Shown: in pieces, positions 24,531 to 30,452 of the stretch | Layout of the letters: each line of letters opens with the position of its first letter | Numbering within the stretch: position 1 is the stretch's first letter | Source of the DNA: an uncultured archaeon | GTDB taxonomy: Archaea > Iainarchaeota > Iainarchaeia > Iainarchaeales > DTGL01 | Direction: 5' to 3' | DNA: 33,147 nt | Assembly: GCA_964525235.1 (NCBI GenBank) | Contig: CAZGDN010000006.1 | Location: forward strand, 1 to 33,147 | The notes under the pieces: model-generated | The model's input: the letters and a program-made list of their open reading frames with translations, nothing else | Told to the model about the DNA's origin: nothing | The model's database searches: none | Made by a program: the position numbers and the translations under genes

Positions 24531-24603
24531 GCCCCGGTAGTGTAGGGGTTAAGCATCCTGGCCTTTCAAGCCAGTGACCCGGGTTCGAATCCCGGCCGGG
24601 GCA
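24531..24603 (+). tRNA. tRNA-Glu (anticodon TTC)
   Basis: The 73-nt cloverleaf is GCCCCGG TA GTGT AGGGGTTAA GCAT C CTGGC CTTTCAA GCCAG TGAC CCGGG TTCGAAT CCCGG CCGGGGC A. The acceptor, anticodon and T stems are perfect, and there is no encoded CCA. Confidence 0.9.
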
Positions 24604-24636
24604 CCTCGTGGCAATCCAGGAGAGCATGCTGGATGG

Positions 24637-25062
24637 CTATGGTTTGGTAATGAACAGCCCGCCTTGCTGAACACCCTTTATTGCCCTCGTGTTATCAGCG
24701 AGCTTTTTGACATCGCTGGCTTTTCCCCTGACAATAATGGTTTCAAGGCACTTGTGCCTGTCAACATGGACATGTGTTGTGGCAATTACCTCTGGGAGAT
24801 GCGAGTGCTGCAAGTCAAGCAAGCGCTGGGTGACATTGGCTGCGTGATGGTTATAGACAATTGAAATAGCCCCAATAACCATGCTTTCAGCATCACCCTC
24901 AATCTCGGTTTCAGTGAGTGATTTGCGCACAAGGTCCCTGATTGCCTCAGAGCGCGTAGCATATCCCTCCTTTTTAATCAGGGCATCAAAGCTTTTCAGA
25001 AGCCCAGGCTCAAGCGAAACACCGAACCTCGCAACACCAGCCACAAAATCACCTCCAGGCAC
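24637..25062 (-). CDS. nikR: Nickel-responsive regulator NikR (ribbon-helix-helix plus ACT-like metal-binding domain)
   Basis: It has an N-terminal RHH (RFGVSLEPGLLKSFDALIKKEGYATRSEAIRDLVR). The C-terminal domain has the His/Cys ligand pattern (NHH..H.H..H.H..H.C). Confidence 0.85.
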   Translation of the reverse strand: MPGGDFVAGVARFGVSLEPGLLKSFDALIKKEGYATRSEAIRDLVRKSLTETEIEGDAESMVIGAISIVYNHHAANVTQRLLDLQHSHLPEVIATTHVHVDRHKCLETIIVRGKASDVKKLADNTRAIKGVQQGGLFITKP

Positions 25063-25168
25063 AGAGCAAGATTAAAGAAAAACCCCAAAAAGCAGGGTAA
25101 TACTCTCACTAGTTAAAGTGCTACCAAAAAAAGACCACAGGAATATTTTTAAGCATTATGCAAACCAC

Positions 25169-25199
25169 CAGTAATACTAAATAAAAAAAAGTATTACTG
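25169..25199. promoter_or_regulatory. Candidate NikR operator (perfect inverted repeat)
   Basis: CAGTAATACT-N11-AGTATTACTG lies in the nikR/nikM divergent intergenic region. Related half-sites are GTAATACT at 25097..25104, CAGTAAT at 25264..25270 and GATACTG at 25288..25294. ACTGTGCAT is repeated at 25196..25204 and 25291..25299. Confidence 0.5.
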
Positions 25200-25293
25200 T
25201 GCATTGCATATGTAAACCCGTCAATGGAAAAGGCGTTACAATAAATATGCGTGTGCAAACAAGCAGTAATGCAAAATTGAAAAAGGTGATACT

Positions 25294-25971
25294 GTGCATA
25301 TTCCGGATGGTTACTTGGGACCGCTCACATTCAGCGCAATGTTTTTGGTAATGATTCCCGTTTGGTGGTTTGCGGCAAGGGTCGCAAAAGAGAAGCTGGG
25401 CAACAGGGCTGTGCCCATGCTGGCAATGCTTTCTGCTGTTTCATTCCTTGTCATGATGTTTAACTGGCCTGTTCCTGACGGGACAACCGCCCACATGGTC
25501 GGCGGAACACTAATCGCAGTGATTCTTGGCCCCTGGGCCGCAGTGCTGGGCGTTAGCGTTGCACTGGTCGTGCAGGCCTTCTTTTTTGGCGATGGCGGCA
25601 TTACGGCATTAGGTGCAAACTCGTTTAACATGGCTTTTGTGCTGCCCTTTGTTGGCTACTATGTTTACAGAGCAATTAAAAAGGTTTGGAGAGAGAAGGG
25701 TCCTGCTGCTGAGGCTATGGCCTCTTCAATTGGCGCGTATGTTGGCATCAATATCGCGGCGCTCTGCGCTGCGATTGAGTTCGGCATTCAGCCATACATC
25801 GCTCCCGGCTATTGCCCTTACGGCTTAAACCTCTCCATTCCAGCAATGGCTTTTGCTCACCTGGTTACAGCCGGGCCTGTTGCTGCTGTGGTCACCGGCG
25901 CAGTTGTTTACTATCTTAAAAAGAACAGGCCAGACCTTTTGAGATTAACAAAGAAGGGGAGTGATGAGTAA
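25294..25971 (+). CDS. cbiM: ECF-type metal transporter substrate-capture subunit CbiM/NikM (nickel inferred from nikR linkage)
   Basis: The N-terminus MHIPDGYL is the conserved metal-ligating CbiM/NikM N-terminus, which fixes the start at GTG 25294. A GGTGAT SD lies at 25285..25290. The protein has about 6 to 7 TM helices. Confidence 0.85.
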   Translation: MHIPDGYLGPLTFSAMFLVMIPVWWFAARVAKEKLGNRAVPMLAMLSAVSFLVMMFNWPVPDGTTAHMVGGTLIAVILGPWAAVLGVSVALVVQAFFFGDGGITALGANSFNMAFVLPFVGYYVYRAIKKVWREKGPAAEAMASSIGAYVGINIAALCAAIEFGIQPYIAPGYCPYGLNLSIPAMAFAHLVTAGPVAAVVTGAVVYYLKKNRPDLLRLTKKGSDE

Positions 25972-26300
25972 TGGAATCTTGGGTAAAAAAAGCTTTTCTT
26001 GTAGTTGGCTTTTTTGTTTTAGTTGTTCCCCTTGGCATCCTGTTCACCTGGGATTACGGGGATGCCTGGGGCGAATGGGGTGAGGTTAACTTAGGTGGAG
26101 AGACCTGGCAACCGCATGAGTTTTTTGGGGGTGCCCCGCTGCCTGATTATAATGTTCCGGGCTGGGAAGGCATGCTGATGGCATCAGTTGGCTACTGGTT
26201 GTCGGCAGTCATTGGCATGGCAATGTGCATATTTATCACCCTGGGCGTTGTAAAAACGCTGGAGCTGTGGGAAGAGCACAAAACAAACGCGAGAGTTTAG
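25971..26300 (+). CDS. Small 2-TM accessory subunit in the CbiN/NikN position (PDGLE-like)
   Basis: This 109-aa protein has N- and C-terminal TM helices and a W/G/E-rich loop (AWGEWGEV..APLPDYNVPGW). Its start overlaps the cbiM stop (TAATG). The family assignment is tentative. Confidence 0.6.
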   Translation: MESWVKKAFLVVGFFVLVVPLGILFTWDYGDAWGEWGEVNLGGETWQPHEFFGGAPLPDYNVPGWEGMLMASVGYWLSAVIGMAMCIFITLGVVKTLELWEEHKTNARV

Positions 26301-26303
26301 AGG

Positions 26304-27140
26304 ATGCCAAACTTCATTGACAAAACGCTGGGCCAGATCGCTGCTTACATCAGCGAGGCTGTTCACTCTGAGAAGTTTGCCAGAAAAAAAGGCTTTTTGC
26401 AGGGCATCGATGCAAGAACAAAACTGCTTTCAGCACTTGCCTTTGTTCTCCTCGTTACCTGCACTCAAAGAATTGAAGTAATGCTGGCTCTTTTAGCTGC
26501 TGCGGGAGCACTGGCTCTTGCCTCGCGGATTCCCCTGCGGTTTTTTGCCACAAGAGTGCTCTTCTTTGTGCCATTATTTACCGGCATAATTGTAATCCCT
26601 GCCATTTTCAACGTGGTCACACCAGGACAGGAAGCACTAAGGCTTTTTTCGTTTAATGAATGGAACCTATCAATAACAATTGAAGGAATCCATGCAGCCA
26701 CAATTCTTGTCATAAGAACCACTGCAGCCATTTCTTTCCCCGTGCTGTTAACACTGACAACAAGGTGGAATGAGGTTATGAATGCCATGCGCTCGCTTAA
26801 AGCGCCAGGCGTGTTCGTTTTAATCTTAGCAATGACCTACAGGTACATTTTCCTCTTCCTTGGCGTGCTGGATAAAATGCTCCTTTCAAGGAAGAGCCGC
26901 GCGACAGGAAGGCTAAGGGCCAGAGCAGCCTGCAGGCTCTACGCGCCAATTGTCGGCGCCCTGTTTATAAAGGCTTATGACCTGAATGAAAAAGTATTCC
27001 TTGCCATGCTTGCCCGGGGTTTTAATGGAGAGATAAAATCAACAGAGCCTGTGAGAACAAGGCCAAAGAGCCTTGTCTTTCTCGCCATAACCGCGAGTGT
27101 GTGGCTTGTGACTCTCACTGCAGAGCTGGTCTTTTGGTGA
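26304..27140 (+). CDS. cbiQ: ECF transporter T component CbiQ/NikQ
   Basis: Its position lies between the M/N and ATPase genes. It has multiple TM helices and the typical R-rich cytoplasmic segment (SRKSRATGRLRARA). Confidence 0.8.
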   Translation: MPNFIDKTLGQIAAYISEAVHSEKFARKKGFLQGIDARTKLLSALAFVLLVTCTQRIEVMLALLAAAGALALASRIPLRFFATRVLFFVPLFTGIIVIPAIFNVVTPGQEALRLFSFNEWNLSITIEGIHAATILVIRTTAAISFPVLLTLTTRWNEVMNAMRSLKAPGVFVLILAMTYRYIFLFLGVLDKMLLSRKSRATGRLRARAACRLYAPIVGALFIKAYDLNEKVFLAMLARGFNGEIKSTEPVRTRPKSLVFLAITASVWLVTLTAELVFW

Positions 27141-27144
27141 AAAA

Positions 27145-27828
27145 ATGGGTGCTGTGATAGAACTGGAAAATGCTGGCTACACTTACCCTGATGGAACCAG
27201 GGCACTGGAGAGCATAACGCTTAAGGTAAGGGAAAAAGACAGGGTTGCAGTAATTGGGCCGAACGGAAGTGGAAAGAGCACCCTGTTAATGCTCTTGGCC
27301 GGGCTCTTTGTTCCAACCAGTGGCACTGTAAGAATATTCAACGTGAACATTAACAAGAAAACAGCAGGCGATGACGGGCTAATGAATCCAGTGAGGAAAA
27401 GAATTGGCATCGTGTTCCAGGACCCTGATGTCCAGCTCTTTTCCCCAACTGTCTTTGATGACATAGCGTTTGGGCTGCTCTACCAGAACAAGAGCAGGGA
27501 GGAAATCCACAGGAAGGTGAACAGCGTGCTGCGATTGCTTGGAATTGAAAGCATTGCAGGAAAACACCCTTACGCGCTGAGTGGTGGAGAGAAAAGAAAA
27601 GCTGCTCTTGCAACAGCCCTTGTCCTTGAACCAGATGTCCTGCTGCTCGACGAGCCAACCGCTGACCTTGACCCAGAGAGCAAAAAAGAACTCGTAAAAA
27701 TCGTTTGCAAGCTCCAGAGAAATGGCAAAACAACAATTACTGCCACACACGATACTGGCACTGCCCGTAAAATAGCCAGCAAGGCAGTTATGTTAAACAG
27801 GAAACTTCTTGCCTTTAAGGATTGGTAA
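27145..27828 (+). CDS. cbiO: ECF transporter ATPase CbiO/NikO
   Basis: It has Walker A (GPNGSGKST), the ABC signature (LSGGEKRK) and Walker B (LLLDEPTADLD). Confidence 0.9.
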   Translation: MGAVIELENAGYTYPDGTRALESITLKVREKDRVAVIGPNGSGKSTLLMLLAGLFVPTSGTVRIFNVNINKKTAGDDGLMNPVRKRIGIVFQDPDVQLFSPTVFDDIAFGLLYQNKSREEIHRKVNSVLRLLGIESIAGKHPYALSGGEKRKAALATALVLEPDVLLLDEPTADLDPESKKELVKIVCKLQRNGKTTITATHDTGTARKIASKAVMLNRKLLAFKDW

Positions 27829-27897
27829 TTCCAACACCTCTCACAGATAATCTTAAAAACCATTGCAGGAATGGGTGTTACTCCGGGTGTTTTTTGC

Positions 27898-28548
27898 ATG
27901 CTTGAATTTTTTACCCTTGTGTTTGTTTCCGTGTTTTTGGCAGTGAATGCTATTGGCAGCCTTCCGCTTTTCATTTCCCTCCTGCACAAGTTTAAGAGGG
28001 GGGAGCGGATTGCGGTTATTAGAAAGAGTTTTGCAATAGCGCTTGTGTCCTTTCTAGTACTCAGCCTTTTTGGAAAACAAATTTTCCAGTTAATGAACAT
28101 AAAATTTTACTCTTTTTACATTGCTGGAGGCTTGCTTCTCTCAATTATTTCTCTTGAGATGATCCTTGGAAAAAGGCCTGAAACAAAGGTCTCAGAAAAA
28201 GAAGAAGAACTGCTCGAAAAAAGAGCAGCTGAGCTTGAAAACCTTGCAGTAACACCCCTGGCAATCCCAATGCTCACAGGACCAGGTGCAATAACAATGG
28301 GCTTAATGCTGTTTGGAAGCATTAAATTTACTGGCCTTCTGGCAGCAGTCAAAGTGCTAGAATTTCTCGCAGGAGCATTTCTTGCATACGCTGCTTCATT
28401 CGTAATTATCGCAAAATCTGACATTGTCAGGAAAGTACTGGGGAAACTGGGGCTTAAAGTAATGACCAGGGTAATGGGCCTGGTGTTGCTTTCAATTGGT
28501 GTCCAGTTCATCGTGAACGGAGTGCTTGAACTAATAACAGTGATTTAG
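27898..28548 (+). CDS. MarC family (UPF0056) integral membrane protein
   Basis: The N-terminus MLEFFTLVFVSVFLAVNAIGSLPLF and six hydrophobic segments fit the family. ATG 27898, 8 nt after a GGTG, is preferred over ATG 27871. Confidence 0.7.
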   Translation: MLEFFTLVFVSVFLAVNAIGSLPLFISLLHKFKRGERIAVIRKSFAIALVSFLVLSLFGKQIFQLMNIKFYSFYIAGGLLLSIISLEMILGKRPETKVSEKEEELLEKRAAELENLAVTPLAIPMLTGPGAITMGLMLFGSIKFTGLLAAVKVLEFLAGAFLAYAASFVIIAKSDIVRKVLGKLGLKVMTRVMGLVLLSIGVQFIVNGVLELITVI

Positions 28549-28567
28549 GAGAATACTATTGTCCTTA

Positions 28568-28990
28568 ATGAAAAGGATTGCAGACAGACTGCCGAAAGCA
28601 TTAAATACAAGCTCCTGTTTTACTCTTTGTATGAGGAGACTGGATTTCTTGAATTACACAAACAGGAGCCCTTACAAGGAAGTGCTTGCCTGCCTTGCAC
28701 TTGAAGAGGGCGTGAACCTCTTCGAGTTAATGAATAAGGTGATTGACAGGAGTGTCGGCTTGACAGCCTCCGAGTTGAAGAAGGCACTTATCGAGCTTGA
28801 ATTCAATGGCCTTATTGCAAGAGTGAATGACTGCTACCTATTTAACGAAAGCTGGCTCAGGGAGTTAGTGCTCTTCCTTGACGAGTTCGAGGAATCCAAG
28901 AAAGAACTCGACCTCTGCCAGCTAATGCTTGAAAAAAACAAGGAAAATACACTTTCCCTGAAAAAGAACGAGCAGCAAAAAATGCTTTAA
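28568..28990 (+). CDS. Hypothetical protein, possible winged-helix DNA-binding protein
   Basis: The segment YKEVLACLALEEGVNLFELMNKV..LTASELKKALIELEFNGLIARVNDCYLFN resembles ArsR/MarR-like wHTH spacing. The C-terminus is charged and coiled. ATG 28568 is preferred over TTG 28559. The family is not firmly recognised. Confidence 0.45.
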   Translation: MKRIADRLPKALNTSSCFTLCMRRLDFLNYTNRSPYKEVLACLALEEGVNLFELMNKVIDRSVGLTASELKKALIELEFNGLIARVNDCYLFNESWLRELVLFLDEFEESKKELDLCQLMLEKNKENTLSLKKNEQQKML

Positions 28991-29056
28991 GAACAGTGCA
29001 CTTCTCCAGGCCTTGGGAAAAAAAGCGTTTTAGGGGAATTCACGGGTTGCACTATA

Positions 29057-29065
29057 TTTATAAAC
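29057..29065 (+). promoter_or_regulatory. TATA box of the small-ORF/rpl41e transcription unit
   Basis: ATATTTATAAAC is followed about 28 nt later by the GGTGG SD (29093..29097) and the TTG start at 29104. Confidence 0.5.
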
Positions 29066-29103
29066 TCCACGGGGGGAATTAATATTTTCACAGGTGGTTT
29101 TTT

Positions 29104-29262
29104 TTGAAACACAATAACCTGACCCAGAAGACGCTTGCATTCCTTGACGAGTTGGACCGCGGGATTTCCTTCGTTGAAGTGAAAAAAGAGGCAGACGAGT
29201 GGAGGAAAAAACTCGTTGAAAGCCCCAAGTTGTGCAAGTACCCTAACTGGAACCTGTTCTAA
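29104..29262 (+). CDS. Hypothetical 52-aa protein upstream of rpl41e
   Basis: The TTG start lies 6 nt after a GGTGG SD. The peptide is (M)KHNNLTQKTLAFLDELDRGISFVEVKKEADEWRKKLVESPKLCKYPNWNLF. It is below the ORF-track cutoff and I recognise no family. Confidence 0.4.
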   Translation: MKHNNLTQKTLAFLDELDRGISFVEVKKEADEWRKKLVESPKLCKYPNWNLF

Positions 29263-29274
29263 TTGGTGAAAGAA

Positions 29275-29406
29275 ATGAGCAAGAGAAGCAAGGATTCATC
29301 GCGCTTTAAGAAAACAAAGGCGCGGCAGCGCTGGAAGTGGACAAAGAAAAAATACAGAAAGAAAAAGCGCAAGAGAAAATACTTAAAACAGAGAGCAAAG
29401 TCTTAG
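29275..29406 (+). CDS. rpl41e: Ribosomal protein eL41 (L41e)-like, extremely basic 43-aa protein
   Basis: The peptide is MSKRSKDSSRFKKTKARQRWKWTKKKYRKKKRKRKYLKQRAKS. The RxRWKW..KK..R..KR core matches archaeal L41e as I recall it. A GGTGA SD lies 5 nt upstream, and a T8 run follows at 29443..29450. Confidence 0.7.
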   Translation: MSKRSKDSSRFKKTKARQRWKWTKKKYRKKKRKRKYLKQRAKS

Positions 29407-29442
29407 ACAAGCTAGATCTCCCCCAGCCAAACTTCAAAGTGC

Positions 29443-29450
29443 TTTTTTTT
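29443..29450 (+). terminator. T8 run downstream of rpl41e
   Basis: GCTTTTTTTTCTGG lies 37 nt after the stop. Archaeal termination typically uses oligo-T. Confidence 0.45.
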
Positions 29451-29500
29451 CTGGATGAAAATCAGGCAAGTAAACGCGCATTCAAAAAAAAAGCTTGTTT

Positions 29501-30412
29501 TTAGATGTACAGGAAAGCAACAAAACCAGCAATGAAAAGGATGTAGTGCGCGTAGAGCACCCTGTAAATTGACTCCATGCTTGCTTCCCCTGGCTTTTTC
29601 ATTGGCTTCCAGTAAAGGGGGGCCAGCACAAGGGAGCCCAGGGCAAGCCAGAGGTATTTCAATGGAAGCCAGCCATACACTCTTGTTGCTGGTGAGAAAA
29701 CGTTGAATAAAGGCATTGCCAGAAAAGACAGGCCACCGAGCGCGATCGAAGCATAGAAGAGAAACCTGAGGGTTTTCTCCTTGAATACTACGACACTGCT
29801 CTTGTAGCCCAGTTTTTTATCGTGCTCTGCGCTCATGAGCCTGTAAAGCCCATACCCGCCAAACTGCAGCCCAACAACAAAGGTTATTGCAAGCAGGGGG
29901 GCATTAAAGTATGGAACTATTAAAACCCAGCCGGCATAAAACCTGAAAACCGGGTTAATCAGTGAACCACTCACCAAGTCAAAGACCGCTCTCTTTTTGA
30001 GAGAAAACGGCTTTGAAGTATACATCAGCTGGTTTACAAGCATTACCAGTTCGCACATGAAAAAAAGAACGTTTTGTAACAGGATAGCTATGGAAAGTGA
30101 AAGCAGTAACAGGAGGTAGGAAAAAGCCAACCCGGATGGAGGTGATACGAGACCGGATGGAATCACCCTCTTTTTTTTCACGCTGTGCTTGGCGTCCTCC
30201 TGCCAGTCCATGACATCATTGAGGGCATAGAGCCCTGACCATAAAAGAACAACCGAAACAATGCCAAGGGAGAATTCAAAAAGAGGAATGCCTACGCCAT
30301 AAGCGTATGCAGCAAAAACTGCTGCGAAGAGCATGTTCCCAAAGCTCTTGCTCCACTCAGCAGGGCGCATGAGTTTCAGGTAGGCTCCTAAGACCTTGCC
30401 CAGTCCAACCAT
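29501..30412 (-). CDS. Divergent UbiA-family prenyltransferase (second paralog in window)
   Basis: The first Asp-rich motif is intact (NDVMDWQED). The second is degenerate (SAEHDKKLG where the paralog has DIEGDKKA). It has about 8 TM helices. ATG 30412 (MVGLGKVLGAYLKLMRP) is preferred over 30484. A CTTTAAATTTATTT TATA-like box (30430..30443, minus strand) about 20 nt upstream suggests its own leaderless promoter. Confidence 0.75.
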   Translation of the reverse strand: MVGLGKVLGAYLKLMRPAEWSKSFGNMLFAAVFAAYAYGVGIPLFEFSLGIVSVVLLWSGLYALNDVMDWQEDAKHSVKKKRVIPSGLVSPPSGLAFSYLLLLLSLSIAILLQNVLFFMCELVMLVNQLMYTSKPFSLKKRAVFDLVSGSLINPVFRFYAGWVLIVPYFNAPLLAITFVVGLQFGGYGLYRLMSAEHDKKLGYKSSVVVFKEKTLRFLFYASIALGGLSFLAMPLFNVFSPATRVYGWLPLKYLWLALGSLVLAPLYWKPMKKPGEASMESIYRVLYAHYILFIAGFVAFLYI

Positions 30413-30452
30413 GAATAGATTTACCTTGCAAATAAATTTAAAGCATTGGGTG

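Noticed and set aside
15775-24603. Genomic island bounded by tRNA-Asn and tRNA-Glu
   Set aside because: The content is core housekeeping (ftsZ, S2P protease, mbf1, fen1, lysK, pcm, lipid synthase, rpl40e). There is no integrase, and I saw no direct repeat of either tRNA 3' end.
27570-28100. 176-aa minus-strand ORF spanning the cbiO end and the marC start
   Set aside because: It overlaps two plus-strand genes that have clear family motifs and shows antisense-type composition.
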